Origin: the human T2T-CHM13v2.0 reference genome, Homo sapiens
DNA length: 64,000 nt
Assembly (NCBI RefSeq): GCF_009914755.1
Contig: NC_060930.1
Strand: one strand, 5' to 3'
The position numbers and the translations under genes are program-made. Below the pieces are notes generated by a model. The model was not told the origin of the DNA, searched no databases, and saw only the letters and a program-made list of their open reading frames with translations. Of this stretch, positions 41,175-58,949 are shown in pieces. How positions within the stretch are numbered: the first letter of the stretch is position 1; every line of letters begins with the position of its first letter.

Positions 41175-41410
41175 TTCATTTACCCCCAAAATGCAAGGCA
41201 GACGGATGGGGACTTCAGGAAGATCCATCATGAAGAGCACCAGTGTCAGTGGAGAGATGTACACACTGGAGCATAATGACGGCAGCCAGTCAGACACAGC
41301 TGTGGGTACAGTTGGAGCAGGTGGAAAGAAACGGAGATCCAGCCTTAGTGCCAAAGTGGTTGCCATAGTGTCTCGAAGGAGTAGAAGCACATCCCAGCTT
41401 AGTCAAACAG
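41175..41410 (+). CDS. RIMS1: RIMS1 internal coding exon, 236 nt, phase 2->1: SFTPKMQGRRMGTSGRSIMKSTSVSGEMYTLEHNDGSQSDTAVGTVGAGGKKRRSSLSAKVVAIVSRRSRSTSQLSQT(E)
   Basis: Lies within ORF 41140..41418. Acceptor atatag|T, donor CAG|gtgagt. Residues are RIMS1-type (EHNDGSQSDTAVGTVGAGG, SLSAKVVAIVS) rather than RIMS2-type. Confidence 0.97.
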
Positions 41411-42619
41411 GTGAGTGATGTGAATTCAACCTAAACAACTCAATTCTTTTATGGAGAGAAAAACTTGATCTTCATGCTATGGCTTGTGATGGAATTGTGG
41501 CATATTTGGTTCTTCTTTGAAAAGAAAATTTATTTTTCTGTCTCTGAAAATCTGCTAAATTTATGGGTTTATTTTTTCTGTACAGCTCTCTTCACAAGGT
41601 ATCACTTTTAAATCTGTAAAGTGGACAGATTTTTTAATTAAAAAAATTAAGGTCATATTTGCAAATATGCAAGGAAATGCAAAGAAGTATTAAACATCCA
41701 AATTTATTTACATGCAACGAAAGCAACAGGGTTCTCTTTTTCAAAATGTTCCATAATTCAATTACTTATTTTTGGCTATATCTATACTTTTTATAGAAAA
41801 GAAGGTCAGTTGTGCAACGTGACATATACTCTTCAAGGTACTGTATAAATATAATAATTGAACTGTACTTGCTATAGTTTCAATGTAAGTAAAAACCCAG
41901 CAGTGATTTTTACTTTAGAAAAATGGGTCAGTGGTTTTATGCAAGGAGTAATGTTTTAATACAAATATGTGTTTCAGATATTTTCTGCTGCTTATAAATT
42001 TAAAAGCTTAATGTCCTAAAGGTATATATTTAAAAAGCAAATACAAAAGGGAGAGTGGCTATTTTTGTATTGTAAAATATAACAAAACACTGCTTAAAAT
42101 TATATAAAATTGGCCAGACAGATTAGATTATTCATTACTATGCTCAATACTATGTAAAATCAAAGGTAAGTGAAATATTGAAGCAATTTAAATAGCCAGC
42201 AACTGTTTTTTCTCTTAAAACCAACATTGGTTCCATTTTCTGTTCCTTAATAGCAAGAGCCTTATCACAAAATTTACTTATACCAAAAAGCTTTCACAAA
42301 ATCCTTTTTATATCTCACTCAGCATTCTGGAAAGTACCTATTTTAAATTATTCATTCTACTGGATATATTGGCAAATAAATTAGAAGTAGGAAATTTGAG
42401 TCATGTCTTAAAATTACAGGATTAGAATGAACTTAGAATAGCTAGCATCCCTGTGATAGATCTGCATCTTTGCCCTTCCAATCAGATGAGCTGTTCTATT
42501 TGTTATGAAGGAGAATTATTTGTCTTCTTTAGAGTCAAGTTCCTTTACAGTAAGTATAAGAGGCATTTTTCATTTGTGTTGTTTCTTTTGTTTAAATTTT
42601 TTATGGTGGTGCTTCCTGG

Positions 42620-43568
42620 TTTTTGGTGTTTTGTTTGTTTGTTTTTTAAATTACACTTTAAGCTCTGGGATACATGCGCAGAAAGTGCAGGTTTGTTACA
42701 TAGGTATACACGTGCCGTGATGGTTTGCTGCACCCATCAACCCACACCTACATTAGATATTTCTCCTAGGCCTCCTAGGAGATATTTCTGCTATCCCTCC
42801 CCTAGGCCCCCACCTGCTGACAGGCCCCGGTGTGTGATGTTCCCTTCCCTGTGTCCATGTGTTCTCATTGTTTAACTCCCACCTATAAGTGAGAACATTT
42901 AGTGTTTGGTTTTCTGTTCTTGTGTTAGTTTGCTGAGAATGGTGGTTTCCAGCTTCATCCATGTCCCTGCAAAGGGCTTCATCCTTTTTTATGGCTGCAT
43001 AGTATTCCATTGTGTATGTGTGCCACATTTTCTTTACCTAGTCTCATTGATGGGCATTTGGGTTGGTTCCAAGTCTTTGCTATTGTGAACGGTGTTGGAA
43101 TAAACATACATGTGCATGTGTCTTTATAGTAGAATGATTTATAATCCTTTGGATATATACCCAGTAATGGGATTGCTGGGTCAAATGGTATTTCTGGTTC
43201 TAGATGCTTGAGGAATCGCCACACTGTCTTCCACAATGGTTGAACTAATTTACATTCCCACCAACAGTGTAAAAGTGTTCCCATTTCTCCACATCCTCTC
43301 AAGCATCTGTTGTTTCCTGACTTTATAATGATTGCCATTCTAAATGGTGTGAGATGGTATCTCATTGTGGTTTTGATTTGCATTTCTCTAATGACCAGTG
43401 ATGATGAGCTTTTTTTTCATACGTTTGTTGGCCACATTAAATGTCTTCTCTTGAGAAGTGTTTGTTCATATTCTTTGCCCATTTTATGATGGGGTTGTTC
43501 TTCTCTTGTAAATTTGTTTAAGTTCTTTCTAGATTCTGGTTATTAGCCCTTTGTCAGATGGATAGATT
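42620..43568 (-). mobile_element. L1PA (about PA7) 3' fragment
   Basis: ORF 42979..43383 is the ORF2 C-terminus ([14 protein letters not shown]); 3' UTR and T-rich tail at left. Confidence 0.94.
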
Positions 43569-45144
43569 TTATTGGTATTGAAGTAATTCTTTACAGCATG
43601 AGGTGGTGGAGAAGGTTTTGACCACCAGACTTCAAAATACTTAAATGAAATGGAAACGTTATTTGATGTCCTTGAAGGAAACCAGTGTTTCCTATGTGAG
43701 AGATTGTAAGTTTACAAGTTGGTTTTACTTCTTCCCTCAACTTTCCAGTCTGTCTTTTTCTCTCTCTTCTCCCTCTTTACCCTCTTTTCCCCTCTAGCTA
43801 GTTAGTACCCTATCATTCATTACTTGAGCATAGTTTTCTTATAAAACACAGCAGTAATTTTGCATAAAAACTATACTTGTGGCTCATCTTTGTATTAATA
43901 AGTAATGGGTTCAAATTATGGTCATCAAAACACTTAGCCTCTTTGCTTTTTTCATTTATGTTTTATCTCAGTTATGGTCAGATGTTGACTTCAAATAACA
44001 TCTTCCTTCCCAGAAGATGTATTGTTAATAACTTCATGGAATATCCTCTTTTCAGAGACTGGATTCCAGTGTACAGGTGGAAAAAGGAAATGGGATTATG
44101 AAGCCAAGATACCAAAATATGTAGTTCTGTTCCAAAGTGACTCAACGAATGAACTTTGACTTCTCTCTACAACTCAGTTTTCTTATATAATGATGGGTTG
44201 AATGGGATGTCCTCCTGTGAACTTTCTATGTGTAAAATTTTATGCTTCTCTTTCTACATAATAATTTTACCTTTCATTTGATAGCCTATCCTTAGATTTC
44301 AATCTTCTTGATCTTTCTAAAGCAAGTGACAAATGTTGATAACCCTCAATTATCACTCCTCTTTGTTTTAGTGCATAGCCTGATATTTCTCTTTCTTAGG
44401 ACTTCCCCTAGTGATTTTTCCCATTCATTTAATTATCTTTCATCTCTCCTACAGAGATTTAACAAAATTCAGAATTATTCTAAGAAATGTTAGCTTTTAT
44501 TGCTTCAGATTCTGCATTGACCATGAGATCTGTATTTCTGGATTCCTCTTCCCCTATGAAATATTACTTAATTTTAATCTCCCATAAGAAAGCCCCTCTT
44601 AGATTTCTCTCTTAAAATAACTTCGGATTCTCTTAATTTTCAGCCCTTACTTTCAATATAGATAGAAAGGGTATGACGTAGTAAAGAATGGTAAATTTTA
44701 AGAAAATGTCCCCAAGCCAGAAATATTTTGGAATTGAATGAACCTCCAGGTAAACTGCAGGTTGGGTTTTAAAATGTAAAGTTTTTAATCTCTGTTGATT
44801 TTAGTGGCCCAGCCTGTGTAATGTAAGGAATTGTCTCCCCTCACTCAATACTAACTGTATAATATTCCATATAATATCCTATATCTTCTCCTCACTTGAA
44901 AATGAAGGCATTATTGGGAAGGTTCTACAAATCTGTGCAAAGTCATTTCTAAATACACTTTTGAAATTATACTAATCAGTATCATAAGAATGATAAGTAT
45001 TCATGTTTCTAAGTGGATAAAAGTAATATGTCTACATTTCTAGAGCTTTTTCCATGCTCTCTTAAGTTATGTTTGTGTGAGTGTATACAATTTCACTCCT
45101 TCATTGGTCACAAGAAACTTATGAAATGTTATTATTCCCATTTT

Positions 45145-46285
<1,141 letters not shown>

Positions 46286-46422
46286 CGTACTATTCCCATT
46301 TTAAAGTTGAAGACACTGAGACTTAGAGGGATTGGGTAATTTGCCCAAGGTCTCATAACTGATTGGGCCTGAATTTAAACCCAGGCTACCTGGTGCCAAA
46401 CCCATGCTTTTAACCAACTTGT

Positions 46423-46424
<2 letters not shown>

Positions 46425-46462
<38 letters not shown>
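46425..46462. repeat. (GA)n microsatellite
   Basis: Read directly from the sequence. Confidence 0.95.
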
Positions 46463-46466
<4 letters not shown>

Positions 46467-46860
46467 TGAGTGCAAGCACATTTGAGATTTTGAAATAAGT
46501 TCAAGCATTTATTGAACATCTATGTGGTTAGTACATGCTAGGCATCATGCCAAGGCACTGGGATAAGAGCTAGGGATGAAGGGATGAATGGCATACTGTT
46601 CCTGCTCTCAAGGATATCACAGTATCATAGAGCAAATCACATATAAATATTTCAGCTCAGAAAAGACAATTATATTAAATACAAGTGTCAGAGTGGTAGA
46701 ACGGAAGCACAGGAAAGGACGAGAATCATTCCAAGAGGCTTTCTTGAAGAGGTAAAGCCTGAGCATAAAAACACAAATAAATCAGGATAAGTACACAAGG
46801 AAGGACTTTGCACAACTGAGGGAAGAGTACTTTTTTTTCATTTTCTGAATTATTTATATC

Positions 46861-48881
<2,021 letters not shown>

Positions 48882-50199
48882 TTAAATGTTGAAAATGGTG
48901 CTTAGTTTCCTGGGATATGAGAAAGAAATCTGTGTGGAATCTAAAACTATATGAAATACTTCTCTAATTCCAGTGGTTACCTCATCTCAGGACAGATCTC
49001 AAATCAAATAAGCTCCGTACAACTGAGACTTTGATTTCTAATAGAACTTTTAAATTTTATGAAGAAGACATCTATAAATGTAAAATATCAGCTTTATAAA
49101 CTAGAAATTACTCAATTTACTTTAACTTGTACTATTGGGTAACTGTATCTGCAGTACTATCCCAGGCACAGTGGGTGTTTCAAAAATAGAAGTATCATTT
49201 ACACTGGAAGGAAATCATTCACACCTGAAATACACATGAACCAAGCAACAAAGTGAAAAAACATAAAGTAAAATGCCCGAAATAATAAAATCTAGTTCTA
49301 TTTATGTATGTTATCAAAGGTAGTGGGGAGACAAATTGGTCAAGGATCTAAGTCCCTAGGATGAGGGCACATACAGAATTGGTAGATGATTTGTTCTAAC
49401 CATTTAGTAAAATTATTTATTATATCATTAACAGCTGAGAATACTTTGTTAGCATAATATCTTTTCTCCAAATACTGACAAGATGTTGATGTTTATATTC
49501 TAATTATGGAAAATATTGCAGGACTCTTTCACAATTTTCAAACAGTTGTCAATTATGATGTGCTATGAATGTGTTAAAAATCACTTGTATGCTTCTTTAG
49601 TAATAGGTATTCTGTACCTTTCCAATATTTTTCCACTATCAAAGTTTATTTCTCCCCTGTGCAGATCCTTTCCTTCAAGACCCTGTTTAAGACCCTCTAA
49701 CTCTATATGTTGTCCCCAATTATTTGAACAGTTTGTTTTTCTGAATTCCTAAATAGAGCTCTCTGACTTCACTGTCAACTTGCTGCCCACTCCACTCTCC
49801 ATTTTGTCATTCATTTCAGCTCCTTCTCTCTGACCATCTCATTCATCTCTATCTTAATTCCCCTCCACAATTAGATTTAGCACGCAGTTCTTGTCATGGG
49901 TGGGAAAGGCTAGAACAGGATGTACTCTGGGTGGGAGCCCAAGGGGATAGGGCTAAAAGGTCTACAATGGGTTAGAGTGAGGCTGCCTTCACCATCCCTA
50001 AAATCTGTTCACATGCATGGTGCTGGGGCTGGCAAGATGGATAAATGGAGGTAACTCTTATGAACTTTTCTTCAGGGAGCTTAGCATTAGGAAGGAAAGA
50101 GATCAAATGTAGCAGTCCTTTTTTCTTTGATTCTACCAACATTTATTAGCACTTTTCTTGTACCAGACTCTGTAATTGAGGGAGTAGTAAGAGTAAGAT

Positions 50200-50201
<2 letters not shown>

Positions 50202-50232
<31 letters not shown>
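50202..50232. repeat. (TG)n microsatellite
   Basis: Read directly from the sequence. Confidence 0.95.
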
Positions 50233-50234
<2 letters not shown>

Positions 50235-51067
50235 CATGCATGTTTCAGAACAAAGGAATCTGATCATTTTTCCAGGTGAAGAGTGGATATAACACCTCTA
50301 GATGGAGAGACTGAAAGATGATACGAATAATTTTAATTGTGCAGAGTTCCAGAGAACAGAGGCGATAATTCAAGAACACAAGTTTATTCTTGGAGACAGA
50401 GAAGGTTGATTTTTTTCCTTGAGTATGACAGAAAAGAGGAAATGGCTGAAATACAAAGGAATATTGCAATGGGGATATTGAAAGCTGAAGGAGCTTGAGT
50501 CAGAGGCTGCTTGATCTTCTCAGTGCAAATGAGGTATTAACAAATGGAGAGAGTGAGGATATAGGGTGAGCAATGTTGTAAGAAATTAATTGGTATGAAT
50601 AAAATCCTGCTGAGCAGCACTTATCCAGCTAAGTTTGGATAATGCAAGTCATGTGGAAAGTAACTTTAAAAAAACATTTATCAGGGATCAAGGCCTCCCT
50701 TGCAGGTATCTGGTTCACATTAGCTATTCTTTTGTCTTTCAAGATTGTCATCCCCTGCCTTTGTGCATCTCCAGTGTCCTTGCCAAGGTGTCTGAAATGA
50801 CCATAAGATTCTTTGAGAATATATTGCCACATTCTTTAAGACTTAGAGAAAATATCTGGTTAAGTCTAGATTCTTAAGCCCATTTAATGATTCACCTGTC
50901 TTGGGCTGCTATTTACTGTTTAGTTTGACTCTTTTTAGCATGCATATTATTATTATTATTATTGGAGAAAATTGAAGCTCTGCTCTTTCATTCTTATCTA
51001 TTAATATTGTGTCTTCTCAAGGAAATAAGAAAATCTTACTCCTTTCTTTTCTTTCTTCTTCTTCTTC

Positions 51068-51099
<32 letters not shown>

Positions 51100-51100
<1 letters not shown>

Positions 51101-51185
51101 GTCTTGAACTCCTGGCCTCAAATGATCTTCCTGCCTCAGCCTCCCAAAGTCCTGGGATTACTGGCATGAGTCACCACACCTGGCT
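51100..51185 (-). mobile_element. Alu left-arm fragment (AluJ/FLAM-like) next to a (CTT)n-Tn-(TG)n tract
   Basis: GGTCTTGAACTCCTGGCCTCAAATGATCTTCCTGCCTCAGCCTCCCAAAGTCCTGGGATTAC. Confidence 0.85.
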
Positions 51186-54100
51186 CATTCTTTTTCTTAA
51201 TATGGCTCTAAATGGCTTTTTATTTTTTTTGCTTTGGCAATTTATTTCTAGGAAATTAAATAATTCTTTCATTATAATCAAGGGAATGAAAGACTTCAGG
51301 AGGTCCATAGTGGAGTTCAAAACCATATGGAGTTCACTATTCTACAAGATTATACAGGCAATAATATAAGTATTCTAAGGTGTTTTAGGTAGATTTATAG
51401 ATGTTAGATTTCAAAATGGGTTAATAAGTGTTTATGAATTTCCAAGGTGTATCACTAACTTCTCAAGATGAAATCATATATAGAAACTATCAAAATTTTC
51501 CTTGTTCTACTGTCAAGAAATGAATAATATACACTGATATAACTGTAACTCACATCTAAAGGGATAGTGCTTGAATAAGCTAATTTACAATGAGTTCAAG
51601 GTATTATTTTAAAATTCTTATGGTCCTTAGACAATAATTATGCCAACAAATGTGAAAAATATTAAATCTCCTTCTGTTAATTTTTTCCAGTTTTATTACC
51701 CAAAAGTCACACAGGTAATGCAAGTCATGAAATAAATCAAATGAGCACCTTCCTGGAGAGCCTACTTTATTTACCTTGGGAAAATGGATGACATTTGCCC
51801 TAGGACTTATTTTTCTCCTTCTAACCAATACAGTTTACCAAAATGTTCTCTGGTAATTTTAAGTCTGGTATGGCTTTGTGAAGACTCTCTGCCTTTTCTC
51901 TTAGAAAAATAATGTTATAGCTGCAGGGAAGGAAGGCTAAGGTGGTGTCTTTGAACATTCTAAGAAATGTTTTCTTGGCTCTGTTGATTATTAACAATAT
52001 AAGCCAAAAATTCTTACAAAGTATGTAGGCCCTTCCAAAGTTTCAGAAACTGAAAGCTACAGTGGATCAAAATATTGCTGAAATCTAAATTCCTTATTTG
52101 TGCCTTATTGCCTCATTTACTTGATTCATTTAATGGCACAAGAAAAACATTCTGAAGAATGTAATATTTCATGTTCTTTGTTTCCTGAACACAAAATCAT
52201 GGTACCAGAAATGATTCTCAAGTTGGCGAAACCATCAAATGAATGTAAGCATGGGTTCTTTTATTTACTGTTGCTGTCTGCCTTAGGAATTCACTACTGT
52301 TAATAGAGATTCAATTCAGCTAAAGTAACTCATCTTCTAAAGAGATGCCCTAATAAGGATTAGTATTTTCAAACATACTCCAGCTGGTCTATGTTTGTTC
52401 TTTTCCTTGCTCTGAAATATAAATTTTACGTTTGGCTAAGATATAGATATACTTTTAGGTTGGCTTGGCAGAAAAAATTATTGATTTCAGTGGAATTAAT
52501 TTTTATAATTAATTTGTATTTCAGGGTTTGGAGGAGGGAAGGAAACTAAATTTATTAAGTGCCTTCAAAGCACAACACTTAGCACTAAAATAATTACACA
52601 TGTTGATATTTTTAACTATACTAAGATGATTGTTAAGCATGAGATCAGTTTCAAAATAGGTGTCACAAAACATTTCAGGCAGCTAAAGATGTAACAAGAA
52701 ATGTGTCTGATTATTTTTAAGATGACCAATTTTAATACATCCTTATTTAATTCAGAGTGTTTTTTCATAGAGATTTTTGTTGATTGATTTTCACATTTTA
52801 AATACAGAAAGGCAAAAAGAAGATATATAAAACTCCTGTGGTATCACCACTAATTGCAAAGTCAGTGTGAAAATGATAGTTTATTATTGGATAATTTTTC
52901 TATGCATTTGTATTATTAATATTGATAAAACCATTAGCAATAATAGTTGTGATTTAGTGAGCAATTATTACATGCCAACCAGTGTTTTAATTTTTTACAT
53001 GTGTTAATTCCTTCAATTCACAAAAAACAGCCATGAAATACTCTTATTATTTGCATTTTACAGGTTCCATGACTTGTCTGAGGTATCACAACTCTTAAAA
53101 CTTGAAGTAGAGCTTATGTTCTCAACCACTTTACTATAATTCCGTTCCAACTGTATGTTCACACAGAGAGATACCTTTTTGATAGAGATTTTTTAAACAA
53201 GCATAGATTTATAATATTTAATTTTGTTTTATAATCTTGCCTTTTTTCACTTTAAAAAATGTGTATTTAAGACCACTTAGTACACCATCACGGGATGCTT
53301 GTACTAGGGTGGAACTGGAAGGAGCTTAGAATTATGTCTTAGAATAAACAGTCTTTTGTATCTGAGCATTTGGGCAATAGGGAGAAGAGGAATATTAGAG
53401 ATAAGGTTACGTGATGTTACCATTTACTAAGAGGGTGGTTGTTGGGAAAGGACCACATTTGCCAATTCTGGCAGTGTTGAGCTTGGGACCATCATAGGAA
53501 ATGTGTTTTAGGCAATTTGAGGATCAACAACATAGAACTGGCAATTGAAATCAATGAAGTTACTTAGGAAAGAAGTATAAAATACAAGTAAAGAGGATCT
53601 AGAAGAGGCTCCTGCAGAAAACAAAAAGTTAAAGGTCCTTTTTGACCCTCCATTTTCGCAACTATAATATGGAACCATAAATGGTACCTACCTCAGAAGA
53701 CTGTTGTGGAGATTAAATAAATGTTTTAAACAATTTAGCAAAGTACCTGACAAGGGATCAGTAATAATAATTAGCAGTTTTAATAATTCTGGGGAACCAA
53801 ATACAAGGGTAAGTAGATAAAGAAAAGGTATCAGTGACATCGTTCATGAATAGCAGTCAGAGTTAGATTAATCCAGCTAATATTTTTATCTGTTCATTAC
53901 ATGTAGTTAATAGAATACAAGAATAGAATCTTAAGATCTAACGCTTGAGTTCTTCTAAGTCAGTATTTCTCAAAGTTCCTCAAGTCAAGTCCACCTTTGA
54001 GGATCTGGTGAAATCTGTTAGTCCTAGCCTCAGTAAATTGCACTTGTTCACATACGCCACTGTGTAAACAAACATGAAAGATGTTTATGAACTCCCAGAA

Positions 54101-54209
54101 GTATGTTCATCCCAAATTAGGCATAATCTGCCAGACAGAAATCCAAGTTTTCTTTTTGCCAGTTCCCTCCCTTCTGCTCTGTTACTCAGCCTTCACTCTA
54201 TTAGGTTAG

Positions 54210-54520
54210 AGGTCACCAAAGTCTGGCTTAGAGTCTGGTTTTTAGGGCCCATGAGAGAATAAATATTTTTATGTTTTTTAAATGGTTTAAAAAAATAAAA
54301 ATGAGAATAATATTTTGTGATATGTGAAAATTCTGAGAAATCAAATTTTTATGTCAATAAACATAGTTTTATTGAAATACAGCCATCTTCATTCATTTAC
54401 ATGTTGTCTATGGCTACTTGTGTGCTACAAAGTCAGAGACCGCTTAATCCACAAAGTTATAAATATTTACTGTCTAGTCCTTTAAGGAGAACATTCCTTA
54501 AGGTCTGCTGTAGGCCAACA
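54210..54520. mobile_element. MER33-like hAT-Charlie MITE
   Basis: gaataatattttgtgatatgtgaaaatt...caataaacatagttttattgaaatacagcca...aaatatttactgtctagtccttta. Confidence 0.7.
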
Positions 54521-55773
54521 ACTTAGTGCCTGCAATGCAGAAGAAGGTATTAGTGAACAATAATCATTTCTATCATTGTTCTCTGCTTCTCAGAGTCAGG
54601 AGTTAATTTACCCTACTTCCATGACTTTATTTTTTTCCATATACCTGTCATGTTTACATTTATACCATACGTCTATTGATATCTCTTGTTAGACACAGTG
54701 ATTCTCAGAACGAAGACTTATGCCCCCATAGATAAGACTCTTTATATCTTCAACTTTGCCCTAAAATTGATACCTGGCTTAGCTGTTTACATAAAGTAGT
54801 AAAAGCACGTCACTCAACCCTAATTTTCCCAGTTGGGGGCTCAAGGACCAAGTCTGTGATTTCAGTGATTGTATCCCAGTATGTAGCACAAAGCCTGTAC
54901 CACATACAGAAAAGTTTTCTGGAATGAAAGAAACTTTTGGAAGAGTTTTCTGTATTCCCTTTCTTTCTGAGGCCACTCAGTCCCCCTCACTGCAGTCTGA
55001 ATTCTGTCTATTCGATTTCCCCAAACTGTTCTTAGTAGATCACAGAAAGTTTATAGATATGAACTTATTTTAATAATTTAACTTATGGTGTAGGCCACAG
55101 ATATTGTGCACATGTGAAACCAATGTGATGTATGTAACAGAAAAATAGTAAAAAATGTCCACTTTTATTTGACATGAGCAAATGATTCTTATTTATGTTC
55201 CATCTCTTAAATGTGTAACTTCATTTCTTTCTATGCATCAGACCTATCTTCCTGGGGTTCACAGAACACAACTTAAAGCTTCTTTCTTTGTACCTCTCTA
55301 CAGGTGCTCTACCCAGAAAATTCTTAATCTGTCAGTTTGTCTGTCAAAATCTTTCTCTTCATTCAAGCCCTACCCAAATATCAACTTCCTACCAGGACCG
55401 AAAGTAATTTTTTTAAGTCCTATAAGACTTTTAGGGAGTTCTCATGTGGTGCTGTTTACATCTGTAGAATTCATGTCACAAAATGAACTCCGAAGTAAAT
55501 CAAGGGTAATGACCACGCAACAGGTTTTTTCTGGTCTTTCACAACAGTGCATTTAATGCAGAAGAATCTTGATAAACGTCTGTTAGATAGGTGAATGTGA
55601 TGTTTGCTTAGTCAAAACATAATGCTCAAATGGTAATTAATTGATCAAATCATGGTATAATATTTCATTTAACATTGTGACAAGCAAGCTCTTCTTAGTG
55701 GGTAAATTTTTCTTCTATGTTTGGTTTGTTATTCTTAGGAAATAAAAACATGTTTTTTAAGTTGTAACAAGTA

Positions 55774-55973
55774 CAGTTGACTCTTAAACAATGCAGTTTG
55801 AGCTTCGCAGGCCCGCTTATACACAAATTTTTTTGTCAAACAAATGCAAATCCAAAATAAAGTATTCATGGGAAATATTATAGAAACCTGCATATGCGGA
55901 GGGATAGCTTTGATTTTGGTATACATGGTGGTCATCCTGGAGTCAATCCCCAACGTTTACTGTCGGACGACTG
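55774..55973. mobile_element. MER8-like Tigger MITE
   Basis: TA-cagttgactcttaaacaa ... cggacgactg-TA. Confidence 0.75.
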
Positions 55974-56154
55974 TAGAAGTGATTTGTCTATTACTTTGCA
56001 ACCTCCCTTTTCCTTTCTTTCTCTTCTTTGCTTATATATCACTTCAAAAGCACCTGAACATTGCTCTCGATAGATTTAACCAGTTAATTCTACCTTATTG
56101 CTTTTAAATATTAACTCTTTTATAAGCAAGAATAAATAATTATCATTTTAAGAT

Positions 56155-56335
56155 TTTGATTTTTTAATAGATTCAGAGGGTACATTTGCAGGTTTGTTAC
56201 ATGGATAAATTGCCTAATGGTGAGGTTTGGGCTTCTAGTGTACCCATCACCCAAATAGTAAACACTGTACCCGATAGGTACTTTTTTTCAGCACTCACTC
56301 CCTTTACTGCCCTCTCCCCTTTGTGGAACCTCCAG
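56155..56335 (-). mobile_element. Old L1P (PA16/PB-like) 3' end
   Basis: gggtacatttgcaggtttgttacatgg...gtacccatcacccaaatagt. Confidence 0.8.
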
Positions 56336-58949
56336 AATTGGTGCTGATTTAACTACTTTACCATTACAGTAAATGTCAAATAAAGTAATATTTTATTAGA
56401 AAATTATTGAAAGATAAAAATGTACATTTATGAGAAATAATAATGATTGATAAAGATATTAATTTACAACATCCTTTTATATCATTTATAAAAGGTTTAT
56501 TAACCTTATGAAAATACTTAAGTATTTAAGCAAAAATGCCCAGATTTTTTGGGAATCTTTCTTTTGTTGGGCATAGGGCCAGAGGAGGCTTGTGAACAAA
56601 GGATCTACTGTAACTGCTTTTCAAGTAAGCTAGTGAATTCTTACTTGGGAAACAAACCTCTGATATTGAAGCAGTACATTGTGATACTCATTACAAAATC
56701 ATTTATACTGTAAAGATTATTTTCTTACAACCGAAAAATGTGGTACACCCAATGATTAGTCATAGTTTTAGTGAAGCTTAACAGACTTTATGTTCTAGGT
56801 CTACAAGGAGGTAAAAAACATTCTGTGTTCCAGATTCAAAGTCAGTGCCATAGGATGTTTTTGTAAATGGAAATACCATACTTATTTTTCTCTTAATTTG
56901 AAACTATGAAGATTCTGACAAGTAATCAAATAGTAAATAATTATACTACATTTAGGAAAGTTTCAACTGAAAGAGATTAAAACTTATTTGTAATAACTAA
57001 AGTTACATTTATAAATAGGCATATAGTTGCATTGAAACACTGCTATATCTAGTGATGTAATGATGTAAAAGTATATTAGTTGGGAAATATAAAAATTAAC
57101 ATATATATTAATATTTTTATCACTCTGAATTTGAAATTGTAAGAATGAATATTTGACCTGTCTACCTGCATTATGGAAACTGAAAATGGATGTAAATACT
57201 CTAATGAGGAAGGATTCTTTAAAGGAAAGGATATTGATTAGAAACTTACCGGAAAGGGTTGATTAGAAACCCACAGGAAAAATAAAGCCAAAACAAAGTT
57301 AATCATCTTTAGGTAACTTAACCTGCTGCTGAAAATACTAGTTCCTGTTTATAGTTTCTACCTTGGGAAGTACACTCAACCTATTATTCAATTGTTTTTA
57401 AAAAGGAAAAATAAAACAGAAGAATCATTTTAAGAAAATATTACATAAAATTTATAGAGATTTATAACTAGTGTAGGATTCTGTGATCTTCGGCTAATCA
57501 AAGAAGAAAACATACTAATTGTCATAGGTTTTGGAGACTTATTGAGAAGATTGTTGTGAATAGCAAGGAAAATAGTAGGAAAAATTTACCTTTGAAGTAA
57601 AAATTTACTCTCACTTCAGTTCTTTGGCTTTCTATAATGCTTAATAATTCTGTCTTCTCATGGATCATTCTTTATTCTCTTTCAAATCACAGTTTGAAAA
57701 GTATATTTTTGTGGGAAAAATATTTAATAAATCACAGAATTTTAAAAATCTAATTTTTGTACACAGAAAAAAGGAAGGAAAAAAGACTAAATTCAGATAT
57801 TTTGATGTTGCAGTAAATGTGTTGACCATGATAATAAAGCATATTTTTTCCAGAGCTGCTTGAATTTGCTCTCAGTGCAATTGCAAGTATTGACTTTAAT
57901 TTCTGAGAGGTTTGTAGCTTCAATGATGAGTCCCTTGGTGCCTAAATCAAAGTGGCTCTGTAATAAGTGAGTTCTGTTGTCTCCTTTCTGCTGATGGCAC
58001 TGGAGGCAACAGCATGTCTTCTAGAGGCCTCTGTCTGTGCTTTTCTTTTCATATTCAGCATGTCCTAGATTCACTGGCCCAGATAGCACAATACAGCAGG
58101 CAGCTTTTTACTCTGTAAATGGCTTAGTGACATTATTTAAAGTAATGCCAGTTGTCTATTCTTTTGTTCTGCTTTTATATTTTCATAGTTGTTACCCATT
58201 GCATACCCTTTGGCTGAAGCGTTTGAAAATATCCTATGCCCTTTAGAATTTGGCACTGAGCACTCTTTATGGTACATAAGAAGTAAAAGCATTTATCTTG
58301 CCCTGGAGTTATTTACAAGCTCATTTACTAAGTAGTATATCAACAGGCAAAGAGAGATTCTTTCTTTATAGAACTTTAGCTTTTACAAAGCCCTTTCATG
58401 CTCACCAGCTCAGAGTGCAAAATTATTGAAAGCTTTTAAAATAAAAGGCTGATCAGATTGGGAAAGATTAGGAATGCATTAACTAAGGAAAGCGTCTGGA
58501 AGAAAGTGACTTTTAAAGTAGAATATAAATATCTGCTTTTTATTCCTCAAAGTTTCCATAAATTTTAATATATTCTTAATAATTCACTTTCTTCTCATCT
58601 AAAAAATAATTGTGAGAATTAAATACAATTTTAAAGGAGCATAAACATTTCATATTTATATACATGGTATATGAAATGTAATTTTTTAGAGAATTTGTTT
58701 TTAGTAACATATCATATTGCATTTATCTTATTTATTCTTAGTTGTATCCTACTCACCTCCCCAAGATGTAAAAAAAAAAAATGCCATTAGCTCTGTTTTA
58801 AGCTTTACCTTTGTTCCCACCATTAAATTTTTAGGTCAGCACTGCCTGAAACCAGCAATCATTTCCACTGAACTTAAATGGCTACTGTTTTTATTTTCAC
58901 TCATCACTGACAGTCATGTTTAGGTGATGTCAAACATTTATTTCATTCA

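Noticed and set aside
57915-58000. Possible box C/D snoRNA (ATGATGA 57923 ... CTGA 57991)
   Set aside because: The terminal stem is weak, the C'/D' boxes are poor and I recognise no guide sequence. Such box pairs are expected by chance in 64 kb.
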